A stretch of DNA of 64,000 nucleotides from Geosiphon pyriformis uo1 (taxonomy: Eukaryota; Fungi; Glomeromycota), in NCBI GenBank assembly GCA_016748015.1, contig JAAOMT010000352.1, positions 124,001 to 188,000 of the forward strand, in the 5' to 3' direction. Positions 48,966 to 63,538 of the stretch are shown here, piece after piece (the stretch's first letter is position 1; the number at the start of each line of letters is the position of its first letter). Made by a program: the position numbers and the translations under genes. The notes beneath the pieces are model-generated. The model saw only the letters and a list, made by a program, of their open reading frames with translations. It did no database searches and was not told the DNA's origin.

Positions 48966-51900
48966 TGCACTATTCACAGTTGGGAACTGAAGATCTTAAC
49001 AGTGAAACACTTGCCATTTACTTCCAAGAACTTAATTTTAACATTATCAAGTACTGTGAAGAAACATATTCAGTACAGTCTCAATACTCTATTGACTTTG
49101 AATCAAAAACAGAAACAAGTAACAAAGGCAAACAAAAAGTGAAACAATACTCAAAAACCACCCCAAATACTCCAATACTACCAAAGACAACTGCCAAACA
49201 CTTGCAAACACCTGAACAAAGAACCAGTGTCAAATTACTACTTTCTATTATGCCATTTCCAATTTCACTTGTTTAATCACAAACATCAAATTCACCACTC
49301 AACTGTTTCTTCAGACCAGAAGATTTTCAGTCACCTAGAAATCCTACTCAACAGCAGAAACCCATATCAACAAGCACCAATATTATTGAGTACTTACAGG
49401 AAATTGGAAGTAATCATTCAGAGAACTTGGAAAGTGAAAAAACTGAATCAAAATAAGAAGAAACCACAGAAAACAAAGAAGAAATGGCAACCACTTATAT
49501 TGCAAAGATTCCCAAATTTACTGGTGAAGATAATGATACCAGTCCTCAAGAATGGCTTGTCAAAGTTCAAAAAACAGGAGATGCAAATGGTTGGATTGCA
49601 GCAAGAATGCTCAAAGCAATTCCATACTTTCTCCAAGAAACTGCAGGAGAATGATTTGAAAACTTGGAAGAACCATTTGAAAATTGGCAAGCATTCAAAG
49701 ATGCTTTCTTACAACAATTTATTGACAACAACACTTCTATCACTTTCCACAATCACTTTCACAATATCAAACAAGAAACATCTAAAACTGTTATGACCTA
49801 TCTTGAAAGATTTAACAAACTCCTTCAATGAATTCGACAATTGGAAACCAATGACTACTATTTTAATGCTCAGATTCTGGATCAGTTTATAGCAGAGTTA
49901 AAAGACAAATTGATTAAGAAAGTTTGTTTACATGCACCAACAGACTTAGTAACTGTCATTAGACATGCAAAAAATTATGAAATAGCAATGGAAGAAGCAA
50001 ACCACACCAAACTTGTCAACCTAGCAATTGGAGAAACCAGCTCAGCAGCTGAAAAAAAAATAGACCAACTCACAAAGAAAGTTGAAAGCTACTTTACAAA
50101 CCAACAACAACAGCAACAACAACCACAAAGATATTAACCCCCACAAAGACACCATCAAAACAATTTTGGATCACCATCCAACAACCAACCTCAAAATTGT
50201 CATTATTGTGGAATTTCAAAACACTGGAAACGAGATTGTAGGAAATTGCAAAGAGACCAGCAAAACAGAAGTAATCAACATTACTTTTCACCACAACAAT
50301 TTTATTACCAACCTCCACCACCAATATATTACTCACCAAGACCACAAAATCAAAACAATTACTATCAACCAGCTCTACAATCAATGCAACAACAATATTA
50401 GCAATCTTTACCAATTCAGCAATATCAAACACCACCCACCCAACAATATCAAGTACTAGCCAGAAAATTGGTTCAATATAACCAATTCACACCCCAAAAT
50501 CAATTTCAGAATAACAACAATAGAACCAACCCAAATCACCAGTTGGTTCTCCGAAATTCTGGCCAGCAAAGACCCAACCACTACCACACTCAATCCAGTT
50601 ATCTTACAATGTCTAAAGAATCGAATTTTTAACAATCTGCACTTTCTGAAGGTGAAGTTGCAGCACCAAAATTAAACCCTTCCAACTATACTATTCCACT
50701 AGCCCAAATTGTCCAAAATGCCAACCTTTTAGATATATTCTTATTTGAATTTGAAGCCAATGAATCACCATTTTTGCTTAGCAATACAGCAGTTAATGAG
50801 CAAAAAGCTATTATGGTCATGTATACTAAAGCTACAGTAGAAGGAAAGCCCATTCAATTAATTCTAGACAGTGGATCAACTGGAAGTATTATCACTTACC
50901 AATTAATGCAACAGCTTCAAAAAACGATTGACAGACCAGCTCAAACTATAATTGTTACTGCAGATGGTATGAAAAAGACCCCAGTAGGAGAAATTGACAA
51001 TTTCTCATTTACCATTAATGGAATCACCATTTTAGTCAAAATTCTAGTCATGGATGCATTCCAATACCAAGCTCTTGTCAAAAATGATTGGCTTCTCAAG
51101 GCCAATGCAAAATTAGATTGGGAAACCCAGGAATTGAAGATTTCATACCAAAGATAATATATTATAGTACCTGCTACTTGTGGAACTTTCAACAAACGAT
51201 CAGAAAAAGCCCCAGTATTTGAATTTAAAGAGGAAAAAGAAATGCCACTTATTGAAACCTACATGGCTCTTGGATTAACATCCAATTGGGCTGAAGAAAC
51301 AGAACAGAAGATCTTTGAGGGATCAAGAGGATGGAGAAAAGTTAGATACTCTACACCAGAACCACAGAAACAACCACCTTACATCTCACTCAAATGCAAA
51401 GACTGCAATAAAAAACTTTTATTAATAGAAGCATGTATTTCTCCAGAAGAGAAATATGAAACTCGCACCTGTTACTACTGTAAAGCATGCCATAGAAAAC
51501 GATTTGAACACCCCAAAAGAAGTGGAAAATGGGACAACACTTCTTGTCTTACATGTAGAGATATGTTACCAGAAGAATACAACTGGATTGATGTTGCAAT
51601 GAGAGGAGGAGTATGTAATTAAACCTGCCAATATGCTCTATCAATTTCGAAAAAAGTCAGAAGAGAAACACCTTTTGATGCAGCATATAACAGTGCTCTC
51701 AACAAACTCTACCACTATCCTCATGATACTGAAATGATTTTTGATTTAGCAATAACATTAATCAATAGAGCTACCCAAAAAGATGTCCGCCAAATGAAAG
51801 AAGCTGAATACATTAAGTATATCATAGAATTAGCTGGATTTGATTATGAAAATAAAGTGGAAACATACCACCAAATTGCAAGCCACACATATTCAACCCA

Positions 51901-52072
51901 AGAAGCTCAAATTCAACAATTAGAGTAAATGAATATTCAATTGTGTGAAGAATGCATTATGCCTTGTGATGACAAATGGTGTTCAGAATGCTATACTCTT
52001 AGCATTCCTCTACCCAGTGAAAATAACCAAGAAGAAATTGAATTTGGAAGACCAGAAACAAAAGAAGAAATT
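48966..52072 (+). pseudogene. gag: gag, protease and Cys-rich region of a third family (probably C), one reading frame
   Basis: MATTYIAKIPKFTGED, CHYCGISKHWKRDC knuckle, LILDSGS, CKDC/YYCKAC/CLTC; assignment to family C is inferred. Confidence 0.8.
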
Positions 52073-54124
52073 GCTGGTGCAAAGTTCAGTAAAAGCATCC
52101 CAAGTAGATAGTAACTGCTTTAGTATTTTCTTGGTGAAAGTATTGGCTAAGCAGTTGATACTATTATTGTTACTAAAATATTTTAAAAACTTAAGTTTAA
52201 ACATGTTGAAATCTTGGAATTTATTTGTTAAGCTTTAATACCACAAGTTAATAGTATTCTAAAAAAAGTATGAAATGACTTATAGTGCTTTGGTGTCATT
52301 TTATTTATTGGCTGCAATAGCTTTTTCTTTATTATTTAGCTATGCTTGTGTGTTATTCTCTTTGCCAGTAAATTTTTCAATCTTGACAATTGGTACATAT
52401 GCCATTGGTACTAATTGTTGTGGTTGCTGTGAGTTTTAATAATGGAAAATAGAATTTGGGACTACTGGTGGATTGATTCAGATAACTGGAGGTAAGTTTT
52501 GCTAAATAATAGGGGCGGAATTTAAATTAATTAGGTTTTGTTGAGCCTGCACTATCAGAGTTAATATTTCCAGGTTTTTGAAGATTGAGTTTTAAGTATT
52601 AATTTCTCGATCACTATTTTTTTCCTCAAAGTTAGTTATTTTTCAAGGACTAATATTGCCAAAATCTGGTTGTGATAATAGTAATTGATGTTCTGATAGC
52701 ATGGTTGATCACAAATTAAATTCCTTAAAATAATCACTATAGGTTCTTAATAGTTTAGCTTTTTTTTGTTTACTTTGAAATGGAATTTTAGCTAATGGTG
52801 TTTTCATGTTTGCTATAAATACATCTGTTAATGTTATGTTAATAGTACTTTCAAGTATGTGATAATATGATAAATTAATTGGTGAATTGACTCTTGGTTT
52901 TTTTTAAGTAGGTGGTTGTATTAGTGTTAATGTTTCTGCTGGTGTTTGTAGTCTTCTTTTTCTTTTGTCTGCAAAGGTAATAGAAAATTTTTGTTTGGTG
53001 TACTTTTTAATTTCCCTGTTTATTTCTGTGATTAGGAATACAAATAGATAGTTTTGTGATAGGCTGATGTTTTGAAGTAGTTCATTAAAGAAATTGTTAA
53101 AAGCAAATTCTGGATCTCTTTGATCTTTTAAGTAGTATGCAATTTGTTCATTAACATAACAATTGAAAGCTGATTCTGTTGGCCAACTATTATTTGTTAA
53201 TTCAAGATGATTTTGGTAATGTTGGAATAAAAATTTTGCAAATTCCAAGTGGTTTGTCTCTATTTTTTCTGATTCTGTTACTGTTTTAAATGCTTGCTGT
53301 TGGTGCTGGTTCTTTGCTAAATTATATTTTACAGAGAGCATCAAATGTTATAAGTAATTATTTGGGTTTAAAAACAAATAACAAACCTGTAACTTGGTGC
53401 TTAATAGCTAATCTGATTGGTATTATCTGAAGGTTTTGGTATCTAAAAATTTTGGTTAAGTCTTTTGTATAATGGACAGAAATTCACTAGTAATTTTATT
53501 TGTTGTTTTCTAGAATCACAATTCCATCAAACTTTTTTCTCAGCATAATGGCTGGTAATTTTCCTAGTAAGTTATTCTCAATCCTTGAATGTTTTACCCT
53601 TATTTCTGGGTCTTTTACCAGTTACTTTAACATTGATAACTTCACACATTTAATCTTTTAATCAATTAGTAAATAATAAACAAACAAAAAAAAATAAAAA
53701 AAAATAAAAAAATTAAGCCAAGACAAGAAAGAGTTAGTATTCTGTCAATAACTGTAATCAAAAGCTATTGGTTCAGTGTAATTAAGTATTAGTAACTATT
53801 AACATGAGTTGTTAATAATAGAAAAATAGATTGTAATAATAACAAGTATTTTATTGATAATTAATGTTTTTACTTCAAGTTATAGAATACTATTATAAGA
53901 AGAGATGGATAAAAAATTAGAATTGAGTGTTCTAAACTAAGAATTCTAGCTGGAAATTCTGTTTTTTCTGCTTCTAATGCTACTGCTATATATACATAAA
54001 TTTCAGTGTACAAAATTCCTTGAATTCCTCAATTTTTTGGCCAGGAATCCTAGAATTCTACTTTTACTACATCTCATTTTAATTGACTACTTTGTGTACT
54101 AATATATATATTCTATAAGTAACA
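52073..54124 (-). mobile_element. Family B 5' fragment (LTR 53346-54124, PBS, partial gag)
   Basis: LTR homology, PBS TTTGATGCTCTCTGT, ORF 52904-53344. Confidence 0.88.
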
Positions 54125-56237
54125 CCATAAATTGGCAGTATTCTGAAAAAAATATGAAATTGTCTATAATGCTCTGGTATCATCTTATCTATTGGCTGTG
54201 ATGGCTTTTTCTATATTGTTGAGCCAAACTTACATGTTATCCTTTTTACCAGTGAATTTTTCAAGTTTTGCAATTGGTATATAAACTATTAGTACTAATA
54301 GCAAGTGTTATGATTGTGGTTGTGGTTGTTGTTAAAGTAGTTGCTAAGATGGTAGTTGTAGCTGTTGTTGTTGCTGTTCAGTAATTGGTACAACTAGTGG
54401 TGAATTGATTATAATTTCTGAAGATAAGTTTTAAGGAACAATAGGAATAGTGTTTTAATTGTTCTGATTTTGCTGAGTTGGACTGATCAGGGTTTGTATT
54501 TCTGGGTTTTCTGGAATCAGGTTTTGATAATTAAATTTCTGATCTTTATCTTCCTTTTCTTCCAATTCTGTTACTTCTCAAAAACTAGTGGTTCTAAAAT
54601 CTGGTTGGAGTAGTGGTAATCAAAATCCTGATGGCATTAATGATTATAATTTAAATTCCTAAAAATAATTTTCATAAGTTCTCAATAAATTGGCTTTTTT
54701 TTGGTTGTTTTAAAATGTTATTCTTGTTAATAGTGTTTTTGCAGTTGATGTGAATGTGTCTACTGATATTATATTAATAATACTTCCTAGTGTATAATGA
54801 TATGATAGACAAATAGAGAAAACTATTCTTGGTTTTTTTTAAGTAGGTAGTTGTATTTTTTTTGGTGTTCCTGCTGGTGTTTATAGTTTTCCCTTGCCTT
54901 TTTTTGCATAAGTAATAAGAAATGTTTGTTGGGTGTGATTTTCAATTTTTTTGTTGATTTTAGTAATGATTAGTACAAAGTTGTGATTTAATAGTAAGCT
55001 AATATATTGAATTAATTTACTGTAAAAATTTTTTTTGCTGATTCTGTATTTACTGGTTTTCCTAAGAAATATTTAATTCTTTTGTTGATGTAAAAGTTGA
55101 AAACTGATTCCACTAATAGTTGGTTGTTGGTTAATTCTAAGTGTTTACAGTAGTGTTAAAATAAGAATTTGGTGAATTTTAGATGGTTTGTTCTTCTTAT
55201 TTCTGATTTTGCTATTTTCGAATAGTTGTTTATTGGTGTTGGTTTTCTGTAGAATTATATCTCATAGGGAGCATCAAATGTTACAAATAATTATTTGGGG
55301 TCTGAAAACAAATAACAAACCCATAACTTGGTGCTCAATAGCTGATTTGGCTGGTAATATCTAAAAATTTTAATAATTCAAAGGTTTTGGTTGAATCTTT
55401 TGTATAATAAACAAAGATTCAATGTTGATATCTTGGTATAATGTTTTTAGTTTCCTTAACTCTTGAGTTGGTGTGCTTTGTTGTCTATTATTTCTCAGAA
55501 TATTTATATTTTATTAATTTTTTTTTCAGCTTGGTGGCCAGTATTTCCTGGTAAGCTATCCTCAATCTTGAATGTTTACCCTTATTTTTGGGTCTTTTAC
55601 CAATGCTATATCTTGATGTCAGTACTTTGCACATTAATTTTTTAATCAATTTGTAAATTCACAATAAACAAAAAAAATAAAATACTGAAAATACTGAAAA
55701 TACTAAAAATACTGAAAAAAAAATAAAGAAATAAGCCAAGACAAAAAAAAATTAGTATTCTATCAATAGTTGTAATCAAGAGTTATTGGTCTAATATAGT
55801 TAAGTATCAACAACTATCAACATAAGTTGTTGATAGTGGAAAGATGAATTGTGATGTTTAATAAGTATTTTATTGATATTTAATGTTTTTACTTCAAGTT
55901 ATAGAATACTATTATATAAAGAAATAGATAAAAAATTGGAACTGAAGATTCTAATTAAAAATTCTGTCTTTTTTTGCTTCTAATGCTACCACTATATGTA
56001 CATATATTTTATTGTATGAGATTTTTTAAATTTCTCAATTCTCTAGCCAGAAATTTTGGAATTCTTCAAAAAGAATTCTGAAATTTTGGAATTCTGCAAT
56101 TCTTCACATAGGAATTCTGTAATTCTAGAATCCTGCAATTTCTCTAAGAGGAATTCTGGAATTCTACTTTTACTATGTCTTATTTTGATTAGTTAACTAA
56201 TGTACTAATATATAATTTCTATATTCTATAAGTAATA
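54125..56237 (-). mobile_element. Family B 5' fragment (LTR 55279-56237, PBS, gag N-terminus)
   Basis: PBS TTTGATGCTCCCTATGAG; gag IAKLEKFTGK cut at NTANLW by the preceding element. Confidence 0.88.
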
Positions 56238-59200
56238 ATATTATTAAAGTAATTACAGCTAATAATTAAGATGACACCAAAGCCCTATAAGTCATTTCAT
56301 ACTTTTTGCAAGATATTGTTAATTCATGGTATTAGAGTTTAATTAACAAACCCATCACTTTTGATAAGTTTAAAACTGAATTTTTGAGATACTTTAGCAA
56401 TAACAATAGTATTAATTACTTGGCAATGATATTTACCACTATTAAACAAAGCAATACAAAAGCAGTTACCACTTATCTAAGATGCTTCCATAGAAATCTG
56501 TGCCAAATACAAGCAATTAATGTGAATTACTTTATAGCATCACAGATTTTGAATCAGTTTATCTGTGGTCTGTGCAGTAGTATTTTATAATACATATATT
56601 CACTATATCCATAAACACTCCAAAATACAGTCATGTATGCCAGAAATTTTGAATCAGCTAAATTAAAAGTTAACTATACCCAAGTCATAAATCTAGTAAT
56701 GAACAGATTATCTGACTTGGATTCCAAATTAAAACAATTCAGTAATTCAATCAATCAAAAATTGGAAGAATACTTAACTAACAATTAGGCAATTTATCAA
56801 CTTTCTCAATGTTGTGAAAATTTAGAAAATTCCAATTGTGTTCAACAACAGTCACATTTATTATCATTATTAAATTAACAGTAGCAACTAAAAATGTATA
56901 ATTGTTATCACTATAATAGACAAGATTATCTAAAAATAGATTGTCATTTCAAAGAAAATAATCAATAATTAGAAAATTAATACCAAAATTCTGATCACAG
57001 ATTTTAAATCCAAACTATGCCAGTAATTAATCACCAGAACAATACTAATATCAGCCATATTACACTTAAATACTGCAGCCAATTTATCAGCTATCAATCT
57101 ATTAGACACTAACACTAGTAATTTATTAACCACCTTAGTCCTAAATTATTTATTAGTCTCAACCAAATCAAAATCACTTCAAAATCTACCTCAAAACAGA
57201 AGTCAAAGACTGAGAACTATTCAAATCCATTAGAATTGACAATTGGTAATGGTAATATACCAACTGATCTCCAATTCAACAGCCCAGCAATCTGGAACAT
57301 GACAACCAAATTCAAGAATCAATTAAACCCAAAACCCAAATGTCCAATACTATTTAAGTCTTTTAATATTCCCAAAAATTACTATACTTAACTCATTAAA
57401 AACCAAGCAAGAATAAACTATACCTACCAGCAATATTTTATCAACTACTATTATAGAAAATAAATTGCTTGCTATAATATTCTCTTTTGAGATAAAAAAA
57501 CCAATCTTTACATTTTTATTCAGTAGAACTGCTCTTGAGACTAAATTCATTACAGCCATATACACCAATACCAAAGTAGATAACCACTCAATCAAATTAA
57601 TTTTGAATAGTAGTTTAGCAGACAGTATTATTACATAACAATTTATAAACCAATTAGGTTGCTAAGTTAATTGTGCTACTAGTATCAGAATTATTACTAC
57701 TGATAGAACAACAAAAACACCCATTGGTGAGATTAACAACTTTTCATTCAAAGTCAATGACATCAAAGTACTAATCAAGATGTTAATAATAGAAGTCACA
57801 CAGTACCAAGCTCTAGTTAATAATAACTGGCTGTCTAAAACCAATGCTGTACTTAACTGAAATACCCAGAAATTACAACTGAACTAGAATGGTCAAAACA
57901 TTCAGGTACCAGCCACTTGTGGATATTTTAAAACCATTACCAATAAGCAGCCACTAATTGAATTAGAAAAAGAAGAAAAAAAACCTATTTGGAAAGTGTA
58001 TTAAGTATTGTGGGTTAAAAAAAACATAATAAGCTACTGCTAATCTTATTGTAAGATAACAAAAGAAAAAAAAAGAATAAATCACAAACTACCACCAACA
58101 CTAGCAAAACTACTGACAGTTGGCACATACTGTACTCAGTAAACACGAAAAAAGAACCACTCTACATTTTTTTTAGATGTATTGGCTGCAAAAAGAAGCT
58201 GTTATCTATAAGAGCTTGAATAGTGCCAAATAAAGACTATTGATTATGTACCTATTATTACTGCAAACCATGCTACTGAAAATGTTTTGGTTACCCAAAA
58301 TGACAAAAAAAGTGAAACAACAAATCATGTTTCGCTTGTGGAGAAACACTATTTGATAAAAAAATGTGGAACAACATTCTTAATTAAGAAGGAATGTGTA
58401 ATATATTGTGTTAATACACGATTTTTATTAATGATTGGGTAAGCCAAAGAACACTTTTTAATGTCACATAGAACCAAACATTTTTTACACTTAAATGATT
58501 ATTCACATAATAAAGATGAAATTTAACAAATAACAAGTGCCAAAATCAAAAATGCTTCACCCAATAAAATATTAGTAATCAAAAACAACTTACTAAAACC
58601 AGTTGAAATCATTTTTATTCCCAAATTAGATGCATTTTTTAATATTTTAAGCAATTCAAAACAATTCTATAAACATTATTAAGATCTAGCACTCAAAAAA
58701 AACAAGAGCAGTATTGGAACAGCTAAATACAAAACTGTGTAAATATTGCTTAATTTTCAGTAACTTTAAATATTGTGATTATTGTGATCTTATCTATAAT
58801 CTATCACTATACATGATTTATTTAATTTTTAAAGATAAAGAACTAATCAGCAAATGCATAGCAAAATCAAAATTGAAAATCAATTGCAATTTAAACTCTG
58901 ATTATGACAACAAAAATGGTTTCAACTCTGTTTACTATGGTAATAATAACAATAATTCAAACTCCGATTATAATTTTAAACAATATATTATACTTCCAGA
59001 TTTGTTGATAGAGCAGGAACTAAAATGATTCAGTGTAATGAGGAAGATATTATGTCAGAATATACACAGAATACTGATGCAGAGTTTGATCTCAGATATT
59101 TGGAAAAAACAGTCATCAAATTAGAACTATATTTACACATCAGCATTGATCTAAAAATAGCACTGGAAATTCTGGCAACAACAATAGTTCAGTTAGCATC

Positions 59201-61412
59201 TAGATCTAATTTAACAAAAAAAGAGATTACTATCAGAAAAGAAATAATTAATGCAGAATATGTAGAAAATATCATTGCAATGCTACAAAATAATTCAGAA
59301 AAATCATATATAATTGAACCAAATGAAAAGATAACATAAGCAATATTCTTACTTTTGGTAAAAATAGCTCAATTAGTGCTAGTAGAAATAAGAAAAGAAT
59401 TAGAGATTACAACCAAAAAAAAAATAGATTCGGATCAATAAGTAGAATAAACATATCAATTAATATAACAGAAAAAAAAGCAATTAATAAGAGAAAAATT
59501 ATCTTTACCTATTAATCAATTTTTATTCCACTATATGACCAGTATATGTTAATAATAGAGAGAAAAATAAGGAACCAGTTCCAGATTTTTGAAGTAGAAC
59601 CAACTATTTGTGAATCAGAAAAGATTGGAATCACCAATTTCTACATATTGGCCAAAAACAATAAACACATTAAAATCTCCATCTACAACACAACTGAAAA
59701 CACCATTGAAATACCAAGTAAAATTACTGTCAGATATTTGAACACTAAAGTTAAGGACCAACTACCAAACATTATTCCAGATTTTTCACAATTGTGCAAA
59801 TATGTGAATATTATATTACAAATCATATACAGATAAAAAGAATGTTATTTGCTTTAACCAAAACAATTGAACCAAATAAACTTGGGAAACTTAAATCTGC
59901 TTTAACATATGCAGCTCAAAATACTACTCAACAATTTCACTAATATTTTTGCTAGTAAAAACAAATTTGGCAGAACTAACATCATCTAATATCAGATCAA
60001 AACTGTAAATACTATGTTAATCAAACAATGAGCATATCAAGTACTACTAGCAAGCCATAAAATTATTCAACAAGAAATTAACAGAATGTTAAACAATAGA
60101 TTAATTCAACTATCAATAAGTCTATGGTCATTACCAGTAATATTAGTTTGAAGAAAAATGAAAATTCACTTTGTGTAGATTATAAAAAACTTAACAGTAT
60201 AACTCATGGAGACAGTTATCTAACTTCATGAATTCAAGAATTATTTGATGTATTTGAAAAAAAGAAATGGTTTTCAATATTGGATCTAGACAGTAGTTAC
60301 TAGCAAGTAGCCATAAATCCAGCTAATAAAAAGAAGACAGTATTCACAACCAGAAAAAAGAACTTTGAATTTAACATTATGTTTTTTGGCTTAATAAATG
60401 CTTCAGCTATCTTTCAATGGCTAATGGAAATCATATATATTAGAATTACTATAAAAATCAGTAGTAGTCTACTTGGATAACACTAATGTATTCTTAAAAA
60501 CATTTAATAATCATCTTTATTATCTTTAATAAGTGTTTAAAAGACTAAGAAAAGCTAAATTAAAGTTGAATGCTACAAAATGTTTCTTTAATAAAACTGA
60601 ACTAAAATTTTTGAGACATATTATAAGCAAAGATGGCATCAAAATGGATTTAAATAAGATTAAAATTGTCAAGAACTTTCTAGTACCAACAAATCTCATA
60701 GAATTAAAAACATTTTTGGAATTTGCTGGATATTACTGCTGCTTTATTTAGAACTTCTCCAAACTGGCTTAACCATTTTACCAGCTCCAAACAAAGAATG
60801 TGAAATATGAATGGACTAAAACTTAACAAAAAGCTTTTGACATCTTAAAAAAAAAGCTTATTAAAGCACCAGTACTGATTTATTCAGATTACAGCAAGCC
60901 ATTTATTATTATCACTAATGCATTAGATTAAACATTGGAAACTGTACTATTACAAAAAAAACCAGATAGCAGAAAACACCCAGTAACATATGCTAGCTAA
61001 AGCTTAAGTTTAGCTAAAAAGAACTATAGAACTCCAGCATTAAAACATTTGGCTATTTATTAGACTGTTATTAAATAGAAGAAATATTTGAGTCAAAAAT
61101 TTGATGTGTATATTGATCACAAAGAATTGACATTAATTCAGAAACAAAAATTTGGAGATGATTACCATTCAAGATAAAAAATAGAATTATTACTATTTAA
61201 TTATATCATACATTATAAAAATAAAAAAAAAATAAAAATACTGACAGTTTGTTGCAAATAAGACAAATTTAAAAACATTATAACAAAAGATAAACACACA
61301 AAAATATCAACAACTTTAACATTATATTAATATTCAACAGTTTAAGAAGAAATTATCTTAAAAAGAACAAAATAATATAAAACAACAATTAAAATACTTT
61401 ATTACTTACTAT
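56238..61412 (+). pseudogene. pol: Family B internal region: gag, protease, Cys-rich domain, dUTPase, RT, RNase H, integrase start; heavily mutated
   Basis: ORFs 56384, 58714, 59025, 59546 and 60533 match the other B copies in order. Confidence 0.9.
59050..59445 (+). pseudogene. dut: dUTPase domain, third copy
   Basis: DAEFDL, LASRSNL, IINAEY, EKIT. Confidence 0.85.
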
Positions 61413-62305
61413 TGTTACAGATAATTATTTGGGTGGTTTAAAACAAATAACAAACCTGTAATTTGGTACTCAATAGCTAAATAATGTTGGTAAATCTGAA
61501 AGTTTTGGTATCTGAAGGTTTTGGTTGAGTTTTTTGTATAATAAACAGAGATTCAATAATAATATTCTTTGGTGATGTTTCTAGTTTTTTTCCCAACCCT
61601 TAAGTTGATATGCTTTGGTGTTTGTAGTCTCCTGAAATATTTTATTTCATTAATTTCTTTCTCAACTTGGTGGTTGGTTTTCTAATAAGCTATTCTCAAA
61701 TTCCGAATTGTTTATCATTATTTTTGGGTCTTTTACCAGTTCTATAGACATTAATTGCTTAGCATTTAATCTTTTTATTCCATTAGTAAATCAACACAAC
61801 AAAAGAAAATAAAAAAATAAAAAAAATAAAAGAAAATAATAAATTAATATTCTATCAATAACCATAATCAAGAGCTATTAGTCTAATATAGTTAAGTATT
61901 GAATTTTATCAACATGGAGTATTAATAATTAAAAAGTAATTAATATTTTTAATTAAGTAATAATAATATAGATTGGATAATAATTATATATTTTATTAAT
62001 ATTGATGAGTTTCCACTTCAAGTTATTAAAAACTCTCTTTTGAAGAAATAGTATTGGGGTTTTGAATTTTATTGAAATCTGAATACTTTTTTGTTTTTAA
62101 CACTTTCACTATATATACATAATTAGTGTTATATAAGATTTTTGGAGAATTTTACAATTCTTTAAGAGAATTCTGAAATTCTACAATTCCTTAAAAAGAA
62201 TCCTGTAATTTCTTGAGAAAAATCCTGAAATTTTTCATTTTACTATGTCTATTTTTGATTGGTTATTTTATCTATTATTATAATTTCTTATTTCTATAAA
62301 TAACA
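61413..62305 (-). repeat. Family B-type LTR with non-matching flanks
   Basis: TGTTACAG...ATAACA; same variant as 525-1415; flanks CTAT/ACAT. Confidence 0.85.
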
Positions 62306-62598
62306 ACATATATCTATAGAAATCTAATTATCAGAAAAAATCATAATATTAAAAAAAACTAAAACACACTCAAAAGCCAATACCATGGCCTGCAACTTAG
62401 CCAAAGTTGACAAAAGCAAACCATAAACTTTTACTTTTATGCCCAAATCTAGATTAGAAAAGTAAGCAACAGCATCACCAATTATATTAGAAGACTCAAA
62501 ATTTTTAACAGAACTATTAATGTAAATTGAAATCTTGGACAATAAATCATTTTTTAATTAAAAATAAATAACACAAAAGCCATCTACATTGAACACAC
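62306..62598 (-). pseudogene. RNase HI fragment, probably from a LINE
   Basis: IYINSS (YTDGS), STLAKLQAM (AEL.A), IFSDN (.SDS); cellular/LINE-type rather than Ty3-type RNase H. Confidence 0.72.
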
Positions 62599-63538
62599 TG
62601 TTATCAGAGGTTTTTGGTCTCTTTTCTTAAATGTTGTTAGTGCTTATTTGTTGTTAATTCACATTTTCTGAAAGCTAATAAATTTTTGATAACTGAATTT
62701 ATCTTCAAATTATCTCTTATAATTTAAACTGTTAGAGTTATATATAGAATGACCAATTCTATGCCAGTTATTTTATGTAGTTATATTGTAGTAAATATCA
62801 ACTCTTTCTCAAGAATTGCTTATCTAGAAGCTTACTAAAAATGTATAGTTACTTTGCTATAAAAGTTAATTTCTTTACAGAAATCTTATATCTAGACTAT
62901 TTTAATAATTATAATAAAAAAAATAAAAAAAAATAAAAAAAATGTAAAGAAAATAGAATTTTGTTAAAAGAATCAATTCTGGTCCAGGTTTGGAATAATT
63001 AATGTTTTATTGAAATTGGTAGCTAATTAATTTCAAAATATTAGTTGTGTTTAAGAAAATTTCAAGCATAATAATTAAGGATTTAAATTTTTAAATTTTT
63101 ATTTTTATTTGATTTGTAAAGATAATTTTAAGAAAGATAGATTTAAAGTAAAATATATTTTCTCAAAGAGTGAAGTTCTTCTTTTATACAATTTGTTATA
63201 ATACTAGTTTTTGAACTTGTACTTTTTTCTTTACTATTATTTCAGTAAATTAAAGATATATTTTAATAAATTATGAGTTATTTTTGCAAACTATTAATTA
63301 TTTCAGTAAATTATCAATTATTTTGGCAAATTTTTGAATATTAAATGGTTCGAAATATTGTGTAATTTGATCATTTTAATTTCTATAATACAAATTGGAT
63401 TATTAATTAAATAATAATATTTGATAATTTGATTAAATAATAAGTAATACTTGAATTAATAATAATATATGCTAATTAATAATAAGAATTATAAGGGTAA
63501 TTTCATGTTATTTAATAGCTAAAATTCTATTGATAACA
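62599..63538 (-). repeat. Family C LTR, solo-like, non-matching flanks
   Basis: Homologous to 45543-46524; no PBS or PPT next to it; flanks ACAC/ATGA. Confidence 0.88.

Noticed and set aside
45543-63538. Pairing the two C LTRs as one element
   Set aside because: No PBS beside 62599, flanks TTGC/ATGA do not match, and the A hosts are on opposite strands.
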